Source of the DNA: a virus
Lineage: Duplodnaviria; Caudoviricetes
Virus record (IMG/VR): IMGVR_UViG_3300048819_000142
Coordinates: 32,001-96,000 of that record
DNA: 64,000 nt
Strand: one strand, 5' to 3'
Every line of letters starts with the position of its first letter. Positions within the stretch are counted from its first letter, which is position 1. Shown here piece by piece: positions 9,301 to 19,900 of this stretch. Below the pieces are notes generated by a model. That model was not told where the DNA came from. It saw nothing but the letters and a program-made list of their open reading frames with translations, and made no database searches. Made by a program: the position numbers and the translations under genes.

Positions 9301-11367
9301 CGCCAGTCGACAACCCATCGCGCATTGGCTGAGATCGAGCGGACACGCGAGGGCGAAATTGCCATCGCGAACAAGACGTTCGATGAGAGACAGCCAATAA
9401 CAGCTGCGGTAGATCAGGCAGCACTTGCTCAACAGCGGGACCAGTCAATCCGTCAAGCCAATGTCAAGGCTGCCGTAGATAGCATTAAGACGGTTGAACA
9501 AGAGATTGATACCGCTCGAGAGCGGCTCGCCAAGACATTGGAGCAGAGGGGTTCTAATGTTCAAGAAGCAATGCAGTCAATGGCCATTTCGCAGAATGAG
9601 GAACTGGCTGCTGCTGAGAACATCCACCGAATTCGTCTCGAATACATTGAGGCAGAATACAAGGCAAGGGGTCAGACCTTAGAAGCCGAGGAGCAGAAGG
9701 AAGAAGAGATTCGTCAAGTTGAGATGGACAAGCTGAAGCAGATGCTTGATCTACGCAAGCAGCAAATGGAGGGTATCAGGAGTTTCAGCGAAGGGCTATT
9801 TAACACACTTGTAACTGACCATGCTCGTGGATTGCGCGACTTCATGATGGGTCAAGTTAAGGGCATTGGAGCAAAGGTTTTTGGTAACCTTGCTGTAGAC
9901 ACATTAAAGGGCGTTCACACCAATCTTCCAGGACTCGAGACTACAGACGCCCAGGGAAATAAGAAGCTGACCTTTCTCGGTCGAATGCTTAGCGGTACAT
10001 CCCTTGGCCGTAAGGTACCGACTGATCAGGATATCAATGCACAGATTAAGAAGGTGAATGAAGCAAACACGAAGGCGACTGACAAGAACACCGACGCCAT
10101 TGATAAGCTTACGGAAACACTCGAACAAATCCTTCAGAGCCTTGGTGTGACACCAGGGACCTCGCCCAGTTCCACTGGTGGAGCGAGTGGCGGCTTTAGG
10201 GGTATCCCCAGTGGCCACATGTTCAATCTCGGTCCACTCTTTGGCGGGTCTGGCAGTGGTAGTCCGTTTGCGTTTAATCCTGGTGGAAATTCGGCTACAC
10301 CATTTTCGCTACCATTACTTCCATCGCTTGGTTCAAGTGGCGTACGACCAGGCGCTGTTGACACTTCCATTGATTTCGGCGATGGTTCCGGACCAACTAA
10401 CAAGAGCACCACGTACTACGGGCTCGATCAGGCAGGTAACCCAGTTACCGGTGGTCCTGGCTCTGGTGTTGGGGTAAGTCAGACCACAATTCCATCAGCA
10501 GAACAGCCTGCTGGCGCCCCGAGTGGTAACGGTTCGGCTGCTCCTATTCCAAGCAAGAGCGACCCTCTTTCTGGTATTCCAAACCTTGGCAATGCTGTGT
10601 CTGGTGCGATGTCCGGACTCAAGAAACTGAATTCCAATGCTGGGACGTATGTTGCCGGCGGTCTGGAAGCATTGACTGGTGCGTATCAAGCTATCACGAA
10701 CTTTAGTAAGGCGGGAGTTCGTAGTAAGTCCTTCGGGGTTGCGGGAGCTCTAACAAGTGCTGCTGGAATTACGTCAATGATTCCGGGAGCTCAGGTAGCT
10801 ACTCCATTTCTTGAGCTTGGCGCACTTGGCGCTGACTTGTTTGGCTCCTTCTTCCAGGATCCTAAGCAAAAGCGATCAAATCAGATTGCCAACTACCTTG
10901 CCGCCAATGCCTATATGGCACCTGCCCAATTAGACGTCACGAGCACGCTACAAGGTAACTTAGCTGCTGAAGGAAAGGGTGGCACGGTTACTGACACGGG
11001 AATCACCGCAAACTCCATAAAGGTAACTGCACCCTCCATAGAAGTTATCAATCCCAATTCGTTTCTTAGTAGTATACTACCTTCCGGGAAACCAACTATA
11101 AATGGTTACCTTGGGCAGGGCCAGGGGACAATTTCTGCTGACGATTTTTCAGGTCAACAACTCACGTACGCCCAAATTCCAGGGCAGGTGTCGTATGCCG
11201 GGCTTCCGGGCGTGGCCAATAACCCCGTAAGCATCCATGTGTCTGCGATGGACTCACAGAGCTTCCTTGATAGATCTGCTGATATCACAGCTGCTGTCCA
11301 GAAAGAACTGTCACTTGGTAATGGAGTCGCTCAGCAGATGCAGAACTCAATATTCGGAACAGGATAG
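3367..11367 (+). CDS. Tape measure protein with N-terminal DEDDh exonuclease and DUF4406/NDT-like domains
   Basis: 2666 aa, long A/Q/E/R helical tracts, hydrophobic segments, Gly-rich C-terminus, follows the chaperones; embedded FIDTESTG/VAHNAPHD/HRATDD and VYIAGPMRG/GWEKSQGAKME motifs. Confidence 0.85.
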   Translation: MAQLFDDEVLSVVLKFSNPNKRDMEDADKIATKLSMALDGVVRKSVFAGRAVADVLEGIKRLEPTLKSMEKRAGTIGASAGALKTAQQILARYTPARLEKLAEVQASKIAETSGTASLRRQLEKHGELIKRLVATREGRYNRATGNSPTGRGLFIDTESTGLNALKHQITELTATLFTFNKATGEILNQQERTYHGFQQLAFQSRHQYMPQGVTPAQLQSQAISTTMLRRLMQQADFVVAHNAPHDKKFVERLVPQAAGMMWLDSMRGIPWRTLGHSSRAQQDLLRAHGINPGQAHRATDDVRAGVKLLSSRSPIGGPTYMSMLLGNQGPLNQSQQLLAQIKHMADEIRSDLSSRLGEGGGRYMSSTARYKSLGTTASRAADDVAEFYTQHVIAAIEGGIDARSRRPARSTDYGIKFGSGQAPETTPGLLGHSAISIDRRLGVIDQFLRNMTIMSGPASSSQFMDHYVFQSRSQERIQQGRGRGRQIKSDIRSGDEVSLATMQGLNTRYENERQGIQREDPMNALLNELDRRQSDNRTQLAQRMLSQPWAQPPKKSVYIAGPMRGIPNLNFPEFDRTEALWRGRGFGVVNPAQLDREHGYIPVGGQTHFANLSIEEAMSRDIPAVTGTSGIALMRGWEKSQGAKMELQHAISQRKEIYDAESGNRLRLRDLRALGMENLSMSIQSRIPVSSVKNFSPTIFRDREIATFIDQNSKSASPSLIRHAAQMASHVGPNDPRFMQLASIMFEGQQVGRQLASSRAVQAQKEAMDRIAGNVGSKPRSGFRNVIGEALRGLSDAGLATGMTAVSPFLSSGGIGGGSFGTFLNYFRNRRRSASSGGRTTSYDERAEGYLPEPTTLRGSMRRDALEQKLGKLRDTVESTTRGFQTFRDVTAQAKANDAARRYSSRDYAITSGLNSARGSFDAQLARLEGRRLQSRTSTSRRLGGIQESFESRSSALGFSELDAEQQYESALDSQRRKTARLRKSKAYSKGKLSDEDIQAGLQGPVRSAQMRLIKAEYQARASQLTDPGEIDSLRRQTAGRYAVARYGPGSGPELEQLRSDYAERVHGLLGGRTLAQRAEGRARQVGEDQVARERELDQAVDQIRARRDSAEASASQKRSDNASRFGAEGVKLESEVEKRRLASLKKITDAEKKAHEARVRYLKTEDAAGGGGGGGGSTHSGGTHGGGSGRSNFESRDALGFGLGLSTLASYGVAIWNGVKESAIYAANVDALKFSTQEIAKVNALDVGAVMDSVNNIKKLNMTTESANQVVQRMIFAQLDVGKAGQVAQVAQNVSILSGQTPAEAVERIITGVSTGLTVTLHRMGLPVSMLQVNRQLSADRKAEGKSGPASEVEKRQALLNAVIREGAKANGLYEKSLLTAGGQLKLFEQNMQELQYSVGKEFLPEFGRFISLMSSGAKFVDANSASVAKFASVLASLTAAASSVGTLALFRYLLASPVVPWWAKLIGAGVGVATYSALNQDDAVAMSKTANEQLDALKGKIDSLKKERSSLQGSKNDSPEWKNAMDINTEATRSASEAQVSINQELTKNLADEYNKRIADIDNYIAAMEGKQGTWAQIMATFRTSPENSAVGAVARDIPILGNTGPEDIEEARQQRAGLAGQFASGTRGITAEDIKREAVRQRLERLRVADLSPSIINKEKLAVASMISEMTDAEGQLNKLDEKYSEEGTVGLRARKAMGSPRQKVLLDYDEQVAKVNKLSASLTDLKKNAADGDVGAQTQLNDVAKQLGGGDFILGHEKINDFLSRKDDVVGAAAEDRDIQLGKINRQNKAQIAQVREQMQVEQVQSAVVQGNYSSEREAILKTFDIKQQTAKKTLGLLEDVDAYNRQIAQNETDRDVGLLRLEIEKKRAQQDRDQRVLSHGADLKAQDILDSPGDAEQVIRYAYRTKLDATASITDENKRLNDQLDLLFELDEALRKLSKDKKTLAAEGRISEFQDNQQLAMEIDRTISAQAGKRQSTTHRALAEIERTREGEIAIANKTFDERQPITAAVDQAALAQQRDQSIRQANVKAAVDSIKTVEQEIDTARERLAKTLEQRGSNVQEAMQSMAISQNEELAAAENIHRIRLEYIEAEYKARGQTLEAEEQKEEEIRQVEMDKLKQMLDLRKQQMEGIRSFSEGLFNTLVTDHARGLRDFMMGQVKGIGAKVFGNLAVDTLKGVHTNLPGLETTDAQGNKKLTFLGRMLSGTSLGRKVPTDQDINAQIKKVNEANTKATDKNTDAIDKLTETLEQILQSLGVTPGTSPSSTGGASGGFRGIPSGHMFNLGPLFGGSGSGSPFAFNPGGNSATPFSLPLLPSLGSSGVRPGAVDTSIDFGDGSGPTNKSTTYYGLDQAGNPVTGGPGSGVGVSQTTIPSAEQPAGAPSGNGSAAPIPSKSDPLSGIPNLGNAVSGAMSGLKKLNSNAGTYVAGGLEALTGAYQAITNFSKAGVRSKSFGVAGALTSAAGITSMIPGAQVATPFLELGALGADLFGSFFQDPKQKRSNQIANYLAANAYMAPAQLDVTSTLQGNLAAEGKGGTVTDTGITANSIKVTAPSIEVINPNSFLSSILPSGKPTINGYLGQGQGTISADDFSGQQLTYAQIPGQVSYAGLPGVANNPVSIHVSAMDSQSFLDRSADITAAVQKELSLGNGVAQQMQNSIFGTG

Positions 11368-11369
11368 TC

Positions 11370-11801
11370 ATGGCGTCTGAACTTACCTTCCCACTTCTTT
11401 CTTCGGGAGCAATGCGAGTTCTTCAATCTCCATTGAAGGATAACGCCATTGCTATGTACCCTTCGACGCTTGCGTCGAGTTTCAATACTCGGGTAATCAA
11501 GTTCCTGAATGATACGGAGCAGCGCTTTCTTGTTAATGATAAGTTGTTTAGCTGCACGCTGCAGTACCATGGCGTTAACGGTTACGACATGGCAATACTC
11601 CGCGCTTTCTTTAACGCGATGGATGGCATGCTTATTGACCCGACACTTGAGCACTCCTTCTCTATTACGATTGACGGCAGTACGTATGATTACTGTGGTT
11701 TTGGGCAAGATGAGCTTGATGTTGAGGTTGGAAGGGGCGAGACCTTTTCTTTTGAATTGAAGATCATTCAGGTAGCGCCTAATAGCGCAACAGGATCGTA
11801 A
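11370..11801 (+). CDS. Distal tail/minor tail protein
   Basis: 143 aa immediately after tape measure; LRAFFNAMDG resembles the distal-tail 'FF..xG' motif. Confidence 0.55.
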   Translation: MASELTFPLLSSGAMRVLQSPLKDNAIAMYPSTLASSFNTRVIKFLNDTEQRFLVNDKLFSCTLQYHGVNGYDMAILRAFFNAMDGMLIDPTLEHSFSITIDGSTYDYCGFGQDELDVEVGRGETFSFELKIIQVAPNSATGS

Positions 11802-11802
11802 T

Positions 11803-12666
11803 ATGCCAACGTATTTTCCGCAGATCAATTCGAACATGATCATCACGCAGCTGCCATACGCCGCTGGCCTGGGATTTGACACCGTTGTCCAGGATGTTGA
11901 GACGGGCATGCGGTGGAGTTTTTCCCGGCGAGCGAACGTGGATCTGCCAGAGGATTATGCACAGCTTCCTCTTGGGAAGTTCAAGGTGAACTACTCCTGT
12001 ATTACTGACGCGGAGGTAGCCACGCTTAAGACCTTTTTTGAGTCTCAGTATGGTCGTTACGGAGAATTTAGGCTACTTGACCCAAGCGGCAACCTTATTC
12101 CGTACTCGGAGGATTTCACCGCGTTACAATGGGATAAGACCAATGGCATCTCAATCGCTGGCAGTACAACAGATCCCTTCGGTGGCAACCTCGCCACGCG
12201 CTTGTCAGCGGCACCAGGCAACAGTTTCATCTTGTCGATCTTCGGTCCTGCTGACGGCGGGCTTAACGGTTTTGTTGTTTGCGCGTCAATGTGGGTTAAG
12301 GCTGAGAGTGTCAATCAGAACCTTTTCATAGGTTTTGTGGATTCGGGTTTTTCCAGGACTGACGCTGAAGTATATATGGTTCCAATGGGCAGCTGGAAGA
12401 GGATCTCCCATACTGCAACACTCTGGGACAATAACTACTTCAGGGTTATCATCGGGGGAGATGGCACGTGGGACGCATCAGTAATCGACGTGTTTGGCGT
12501 CCAGGTCGCTCCTACCAAGGGTGAGGGTGCTTACGTCAGATCGCCCGACAACTATGGCTACCATGAGTATGTGAGGTTCGACACTGACTCATTTCAGCGG
12601 CAAGCGATCGGACCCAACCAAAATGCGCTGCAGCTTCCCATGTTCGAGTACAACGTTCCCTCCTAA
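11803..12666 (+). CDS. Distal-tail-like protein with carbohydrate-binding-like insert
   Basis: LKTFFESQYGRYGEFRLLDP...VRFDTD (DUF2460-like) flanking NLIPYSEDF..W / ASMWVKA / FGVQV (CBM-like beta sandwich). Confidence 0.55.
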   Translation: MPTYFPQINSNMIITQLPYAAGLGFDTVVQDVETGMRWSFSRRANVDLPEDYAQLPLGKFKVNYSCITDAEVATLKTFFESQYGRYGEFRLLDPSGNLIPYSEDFTALQWDKTNGISIAGSTTDPFGGNLATRLSAAPGNSFILSIFGPADGGLNGFVVCASMWVKAESVNQNLFIGFVDSGFSRTDAEVYMVPMGSWKRISHTATLWDNNYFRVIIGGDGTWDASVIDVFGVQVAPTKGEGAYVRSPDNYGYHEYVRFDTDSFQRQAIGPNQNALQLPMFEYNVPS

Positions 12667-12674
12667 GGATCAAG

Positions 12675-15600
12675 ATGTCTATCGGATCAATCTACGACGC
12701 TAAGGAACTCAGGCTCACATATCAGCCGCTGCTGCTATGCGAGTTTGAATTTCCCAATGGTCAGTTCCTTCGCGTGTCGACACACCCCTTGTCACAAAGG
12801 TACAAGGGTTCGCCGACAGCTGGATCATACGAGTACCAAGGGTATGAGTGGGTTCCCCGAATTGTTAATCAGGACATTGGCGCAACGCAGGCAATGTCTG
12901 ATTTTGGCTTCGACATTCCTCCGCAGATTACCGTGGTTCTTGCTGACCCAGACAAGACAATGTACCTCACGTATGAGAATACGTTGGGATTCAAGGGGGC
13001 AATCCTCAAGGTTTACGCAGCGATGTGGGATGCTGGCAACACAGCAACTGGATCATTCAACAACGATATTCCGATTGTTAAGTTTATTGGCACATGCAGC
13101 GCTTCATCCTTTGATGAGAAAACGCTGACAGTTACTGCCACCAGTCTGCTGAACATGACTCAGCAGCAAATGCCTCCTATTCGCATCCAACCACTATGCG
13201 CGTGGAACTTCCCACCAGATGAAGACGCCCAGCTTGACGGACTCAACAACCCAGACTCCCCCTACTACCAGTGTGGCTATTCATATTCGGTGGGCGGTGT
13301 GGGCAACGCCCAATCAGGCACTTCGGCATTTACCTCTTGTCCACTTAGTAGGGCCGCTTGCGTTCTTCGCCTTGGTAACTCTAGCGGGTCTAACCCCATC
13401 ATGGCAGATAATGCTGGCCACGAAACGGGAAGATTTGGCGGCTATGACTACATGCCGATCCAGAACAATGGTCTGCAGCGGTCGTACTTAACTGGTCAGT
13501 GGGACCTGATCATCAATGCCACTAACGAGGCAAAGTACGGGGACTACATTCCTATCTGCTACGGAACGACGTGGGTACAGCCAGAGGTCATGGGCGTGTA
13601 CGGTGATGGTAACTATACCAGATTCGAGAACCTGCTATGTTTCGGCAAAGTTCAGGAGATCATCACCAACGTCGTAGCCGGAGTCGTTGTTGCCCAGTAC
13701 TCTGCAGGGTCTGCAAGACCTATTAGTAGCCCCAACTACACTAGTAAGTACACTGATAACAACTGGGTCCCGCTGAACAACGGCAGTCGCAACGGACAAA
13801 CTAATAACAACATCGGTTGGAAGAATGCCGGCGATCCTTATGGCAGCGTGTCGGCGATTTTTACTCAGGTGTTATCTTCACTCTCCTCGCCGTCGAGCAT
13901 TCCCCAGATTCAGACTTTGCTTAATGCAGGACAAATCTTCGTTGCAACGGGCACTGTTGGCTGTGACGATTACGTTCAGACGTATTCTTATACCTCCAAC
14001 CCTGCCTGGATCTTGCTTGATATCCTTGTACAAGCTAATTGGAGATACACCGACGTCGACATTCAATCATTCATTGACGCGGCGGCTGTGTGCGATGAGC
14101 AGATCTACTTTAATCGACTCGACGGCACGTACTCAAATGTATACAACGAAGTAGGCAGTTCCGAATATAGGCGCTTCTCTGTTGGTTTTACTGTCAAGCA
14201 ACGCACCTCGATCGGCGAGGTTATTCGCGGTGTCCGCAATGCAATGCGAGCAATGCTGTTCTTCGACTTCAATACTGGTAAGCTAAAGATCCAGATTAAG
14301 TCAACAATCGGTGCACAGCAGCCAAACCCAATCACTGGGTCGAACTACAATACTGCAGTGACGTCCGTTTCCCCCGCTGGAGACGAGATCAACGGTTATG
14401 TTGCGTATCACTTTGACGAGAACAGCATTCGTAAGACTGACGACAATCGGTCAACCCTTCGGCTATATCAGCGACAATTTCAGGAAACTCCCAACAAGGT
14501 AACGTCATACTTCTTCGATCGCGAAAACCAGTACAGCCAGGATATCTCGACTATCATAGATGTTGAGGACGTCAATCGTATTGGTTCGGAGATCGCTGGT
14601 ACGTTTAACCTGCTTGGTCCGCAAACCTACGACCACATGAACCGCGTCACGGCCACGTGGTTCGCTGAAAACTACCGTGGTAATCCTCGACTCGATTACG
14701 AGGGATCGTTTATCGGTGACACAGGCGGAACTATCATGGCTGAGCTTGAAACCTCGGTGAAAGCTCTTCATTTGATGGTTGGCCAGATCGTGCTGCTCTC
14801 TGATTTTCAGACTGCGCTCACTAAGCAACCTTTCCGCGTAATGAAGATTCAGCCATCACAAAACTTTGAGACGGCAAAGATCACTCTGCAGTGGCACAAT
14901 GATAACTGGTATCAAGACACGTTTGGGCAAGGAGCCAACCAGCCAATCTACAAGAACACGATGAACGCCGTTGACCGTCCTCCGTATCCATTGCGCGCTG
15001 GATACTGGGCGGTTGCTTCCAGTCCGTACTATGACCCGACCGAGTACTTCTACCACCTTGCCCAGTTATACGGGCACTCTGACAATCCTGACGCAATCTA
15101 CCCGTCACAGCTGCTGATGCAGACATTTCTTCCTCCTAATTCGTTCACGTCGATTCCGAGGATGCCTAAGATGCAGGTCACTGGTACGGCCGCTGTTAGC
15201 GGTAGTTTTCCAGCAAGTGCCTCCTTTTACTGCTCCGTTGCGTCGACCTCGACTACTGCTGTGTTTACTACCGCCTCGTTCGCCAACGCCATCCCCCTGT
15301 CAGCACTGTCTAATATCTCATCCGTCTTCCTTCCCCCGGGATATAATATGCCGGAATTCAGGGTGCAATCGTGGCCTGATGCCCCAACTGGTTACGCCGT
15401 ATTCGCGGGTGAATCACCGGAGACGATGACGTTGCAAGATACAGGTACGGGCACGCCTGCCGGAATCAGCCTTGCGAGTTCGTTTAAGGTAGGAGCTGTT
15501 GGACCTCCTGATATTGCCTATAACGCCCTGCGGTTTAGGACTAGGTCTGTTGCTCTTAGCGGTATTTGTGAACTAACTTTCTTGCCAACAGCGTCCTATT

Positions 15601-16955
15601 CTAGCGGTACCACCGCGTTGGCGATGGCGATGTATGACGGCGTATCATTTGCTACGAACTCATTAGTTGGTAGGGAAGTATCTTTCATCGGGGGCGAGGA
15701 TAACATCACAGGGAATGGCGGGGTTAGCGGTGGCGATGTTATCATGGATTTTACGATTGTAGCAAACGACGGCAACACAATGCACGTCATTGATCCTGAG
15801 CCTGATGACTTTCTTGACGGAACCCTACTAGTTGAAAATATGCTTGCCGGTACGTACGCTAATACATATGGACCCACAACCTGGACCATTCGTATGAAAC
15901 CGACGTATGGCAGCGACGACAATGGAAACTACTTTGACGATTCCTTGCTCGTTAATCCGATGGCGCAGATCACTCCTGGGTGTGTAGTTACTGACGCAAC
16001 TAACACCTCCCCCATCACTATTACAGTTGATGACACTACTAACATCTTTAATGGTAACGTTATTGTTCTACAGGGAGTAAAGGGCAATACTGCAGCTAAT
16101 GGTCGATGGACGCTTGGCAGTGTCAGCGGCAACACTGCCCAGCTCGTTGGGTCTACAGGGAACGGAGCATTCTCTGGTAACGGCATCCTCTTTCAGCAGA
16201 CGTACGGACCGCTCTCTGGCAATAACATGGGTGCGTTCATATTCGCTGGGACTGGTAGAAATACCTTTGTTCCGATCTCTGCTTTCAGTGGGACCCGTGC
16301 ATACATTCAGGGGGACTGGCCGGGTGGAGTTACGCCTGATAGTACATCGCGAATCATCTTGCTGAATATGGACTATCTCACCGACCAGGCGACAACTCCG
16401 CTTGCGATTAAATTCTTTGGTCAGATGGGAGTGTTCTACATAGATGCTTCGTCATATCCCAAGAATCAGTCAGTGTTGTTCCAAGTTGCAAAGCAGTCCA
16501 TTGACAATGTGACGCTGAGTTCTCCAGTCCTTGATCAATATAGGGAACTGTACATATCCAACCGCTTCCTGTTCGATGGCGCGCTCGTTATGAACGTGCA
16601 GGGTACCTTGGCCATTGGTAACAACCAAGGCCAGCCCATACAGACTAGCCTTAACTCCATTCCAGTGACGATCGTACTTCAGATGGGAACTGCTGCAGAT
16701 GCACCAGTATCTGTAGACATTAACTGCGGCGGGGTGACTATTGCCTCCATAACAATTCTTACCGGAGATCTTATTGCTGAGGGCAATGTTTACTTGCAAG
16801 CTTATACTAGTGGTGTATCCCAATCGCAGGTGAGCCTTTTCCCTCCATGGTCTAGGCTGATGGGCGGGCGACCAATAACGTTGGATATAACTTCTGTTGG
16901 GTCGACTGCTCCTGGAGCAGATCTTACGGCTACTATATACTTTATTTCTGAATAA
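12675..16955 (+). CDS. Tail tip/hub (host-specificity) protein
   Basis: 1426 aa; C..C..C motif and RFGG as in tip proteins; YTSNPAWILLDIL and DIQSFIDAAAVCDE as in gpJ-like central tail proteins. Confidence 0.75.
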   Translation: MSIGSIYDAKELRLTYQPLLLCEFEFPNGQFLRVSTHPLSQRYKGSPTAGSYEYQGYEWVPRIVNQDIGATQAMSDFGFDIPPQITVVLADPDKTMYLTYENTLGFKGAILKVYAAMWDAGNTATGSFNNDIPIVKFIGTCSASSFDEKTLTVTATSLLNMTQQQMPPIRIQPLCAWNFPPDEDAQLDGLNNPDSPYYQCGYSYSVGGVGNAQSGTSAFTSCPLSRAACVLRLGNSSGSNPIMADNAGHETGRFGGYDYMPIQNNGLQRSYLTGQWDLIINATNEAKYGDYIPICYGTTWVQPEVMGVYGDGNYTRFENLLCFGKVQEIITNVVAGVVVAQYSAGSARPISSPNYTSKYTDNNWVPLNNGSRNGQTNNNIGWKNAGDPYGSVSAIFTQVLSSLSSPSSIPQIQTLLNAGQIFVATGTVGCDDYVQTYSYTSNPAWILLDILVQANWRYTDVDIQSFIDAAAVCDEQIYFNRLDGTYSNVYNEVGSSEYRRFSVGFTVKQRTSIGEVIRGVRNAMRAMLFFDFNTGKLKIQIKSTIGAQQPNPITGSNYNTAVTSVSPAGDEINGYVAYHFDENSIRKTDDNRSTLRLYQRQFQETPNKVTSYFFDRENQYSQDISTIIDVEDVNRIGSEIAGTFNLLGPQTYDHMNRVTATWFAENYRGNPRLDYEGSFIGDTGGTIMAELETSVKALHLMVGQIVLLSDFQTALTKQPFRVMKIQPSQNFETAKITLQWHNDNWYQDTFGQGANQPIYKNTMNAVDRPPYPLRAGYWAVASSPYYDPTEYFYHLAQLYGHSDNPDAIYPSQLLMQTFLPPNSFTSIPRMPKMQVTGTAAVSGSFPASASFYCSVASTSTTAVFTTASFANAIPLSALSNISSVFLPPGYNMPEFRVQSWPDAPTGYAVFAGESPETMTLQDTGTGTPAGISLASSFKVGAVGPPDIAYNALRFRTRSVALSGICELTFLPTASYSSGTTALAMAMYDGVSFATNSLVGREVSFIGGEDNITGNGGVSGGDVIMDFTIVANDGNTMHVIDPEPDDFLDGTLLVENMLAGTYANTYGPTTWTIRMKPTYGSDDNGNYFDDSLLVNPMAQITPGCVVTDATNTSPITITVDDTTNIFNGNVIVLQGVKGNTAANGRWTLGSVSGNTAQLVGSTGNGAFSGNGILFQQTYGPLSGNNMGAFIFAGTGRNTFVPISAFSGTRAYIQGDWPGGVTPDSTSRIILLNMDYLTDQATTPLAIKFFGQMGVFYIDASSYPKNQSVLFQVAKQSIDNVTLSSPVLDQYRELYISNRFLFDGALVMNVQGTLAIGNNQGQPIQTSLNSIPVTIVLQMGTAADAPVSVDINCGGVTIASITILTGDLIAEGNVYLQAYTSGVSQSQVSLFPPWSRLMGGRPITLDITSVGSTAPGADLTATIYFISE

Positions 16956-16957
16956 AA

Positions 16958-19900
16958 ATGTCTGAAGCAATCTTTAAATTTCAACCGCACAGGACAATGT
17001 ATCTTCGAGGATTTGACAGGCGAGGATGCTCTGCCGCCATTACTAACTCGTCATCGAGTGGGTTCAACGTCTCCGGAGTGTTTAGCGATATAGCTGATTT
17101 TGTTGTGCTGATGCTGTTTGACGCTGACGACCTATTCGGACACCTATACACCACCAAGTATCTCCCCGACTTTGACCTGACTGGAGTTATTGTCGATTTC
17201 GACGTCGCCATAACCAATGGGATGTATCCCGGAAGTCTAAAGTTTCCCTCAGTACCATGGAATGCCGTGAGTTTCCTTGATACCAGTAACACGCTGCATT
17301 CAGTCCCCCTGAATATCACCTCCACCTCGGGACTGGCCAATGCGTTAGTGACTTTTACTGTGGTAGGGTCCACGCCAAGTATCTTTGACCGTGTGCAGCT
17401 GATATACCTTGGTGATACGGTGTTTGAGTACATAGTACCTGGTTCCCACAGCGTGACCATGAGTTACTTTGGCGGAACACCGCTTAAGGTGCACTCAATA
17501 AAGATCGGTACCAATACTTATTCTTATACGGAATCTGCTCTTGGCGATCCTAGTAATACTGTTGCTATAAATTTGGCCGCCGTCGTTAATGCTGGTGCTG
17601 GCGACACTAACGGACTCGCCACGGCTGTCACAAACACCATAGTTGTGACAGCCAACGCTAATACTGGCATAACTGTGGTTGTTGGTGATGCTGGAACGGA
17701 TGGGAATGGTACGGGAACACTTTGGGTAGCCAACAGCCCAACGAACTTCATTGCCAAAAATCTTGCAACGCAGATAAATGCGGCGACATCTTCAACAGTT
17801 CCACTCACCGCTACCTTCACTGGCGCAACGTTTACTGTGACAGCTACAGTCCCAGGATTTGACGGCAATACCATCGAGTTGATGGAGATCCACAAGACTT
17901 CGACGTTGGAACTAAGCCCATCGGGAAATGTAAAACTCGCGAGTGGTGCCGACCCAAGTTCTTTCCACGTTACGATAGATTTTTCTTCACATCCCTTAAT
18001 TAGGCAGTGCTGGCTGACGTTAGCTCCCAATCTTCCGATAGACTATACGACGACTCCCACGAGGACACTGGAGCCATTTGTCCCGAAAGAATTCCTGTAC
18101 AAATTCTCCTCACTGTCTATAACAGATCCCGGCAGCAAGACACCGTTAAGAGTGGCTGGGCTGGACTCAATTGTGTGCGATTCAAGTAATGCGCAATATG
18201 CTGGATCCTGGACTCAGGCCTCTGGATTCTACCATTGGGGATTTGCCAAGTACTCCTCTACCGCTGGATCCTCAGTTATGATCAGGTACACGTGCGGTGT
18301 ATCTCATGACCTTTATTTAGGAACGTCGCTTAATTCGGGGGGCGGGACTTTTTCGGTGACCTTGGATGGGTCGCCACTCCCTGATATAGACACATTTCTA
18401 AATGTTGGTACACCACTTCAGACTAGGAGAGTGGTAACGTCTGGGGTTGCTGCAGGAACACATGTGCTAGTGCTGACTGTTAAGTTCTCAGGTGTCACCT
18501 GCTTTTTTGACTTCCTACATGCTGTAAGCCCCTCTGATGTTCAGGACCCAGCTACTACATATCCAGACATCGGTGCAGCTTTTGACTATGACACAGATCA
18601 AACGTACAAGCTATCCCCCCAGAGGTCAATTTGGGTTGCAAGGAAGGCGGGATTCCTTGGTGACCTAGACCTATACTCTGGCGTATTCTTCGCCTTAAAG
18701 AGGATCCGCCTGGGCGGATCATTTCATCAGACTGTGGCGACATTGACTGGCGCGTTTTCCTGGGGAACCGGATTTGCCGACGGTGATGGGATATCCTGCA
18801 CCGTTAGTGGCATTACGTTTAACGTCGTGGTATATCCTGCAGACACGTTGGTAACAATAGCCCAACGGTTTGTCAACGGCATAAATAGCATGTTTGTCGG
18901 GATATGGGCGGATGTTGACGCAGTCACGCCAGGGAAATTCGCCATAACTTCCCTGACACCAATAAACGGGTTCACCATAACATTTAGTTATACGCCGTCT
19001 TCTCCATCATGGAGCTCAACGCACGCGTATGGTATAGGCGATTGGGTCATTTCAGGAGGACACTTGTACCAGGGACTCATGGCGGCGAACACTAACAATA
19101 CGCCAGCGAGTTCTCCAACATGGTGGCAGGATTTCGGCGTCATTGGTTCTATCACTAGCGCGGGTGATGTGCTTGCTGGAAATGAGGGAACGTGGCAAGT
19201 TGATTCCTCCCAAAGTAGCCCTATAAATAGGGCGTTCTCGGATTTTTTGGGTAACTTCTGCGCTGAGTTGCTGGCAAACTCAATGACCTGCACCGTGGCA
19301 TGGTCGCAGGAGTTGCTGAATCCTCCCGATGATAACACCACCAGTGGGGCGTGGGTTCAGAGGTTTTCTGATGGGTCACTGGTTCTCACATCAACAGGTT
19401 TTGGCACGTGGGGAGCTGGCTTCGTGGAGGCAAACAGCGGAGGAAACATACAGCAGACTGGTCACGGGTATTCAACAGGTTTTATAGTCAATATTGCGTC
19501 AGGTTCGGGCAGTGGCTCCTGGGTAATTACTGTGACGGACGCAGATAGCTACTCCCTAACAGCTGAATTGGCAAATTCTGGGTCGTATACTCCCACAGCT
19601 GGAGATTCTACTTCTGCTGAACTACAGACAGTTCAGTGCGCCTTTAACCCAAGTACGGTAACGCCATACATGCAAAACGTGTACTTGCAAACAGCCTCAA
19701 TAATGTCTTCTGCCTCGGCAACGCCATCTTTGCAGCTTGGAGAAATTGGACACTGGTTTTTTTCCAAGCCCACGGTATATGCTGGATCAATAGTAAACTC
19801 GCTGGCCATCTCAGGGTTCGCAGATTCTTCGGGTCTAGTCGAGGTGCAGACCCCAGTAGCCCATGGTTTTTCTACCGGGCAAACTGCCATATTAGCTGGA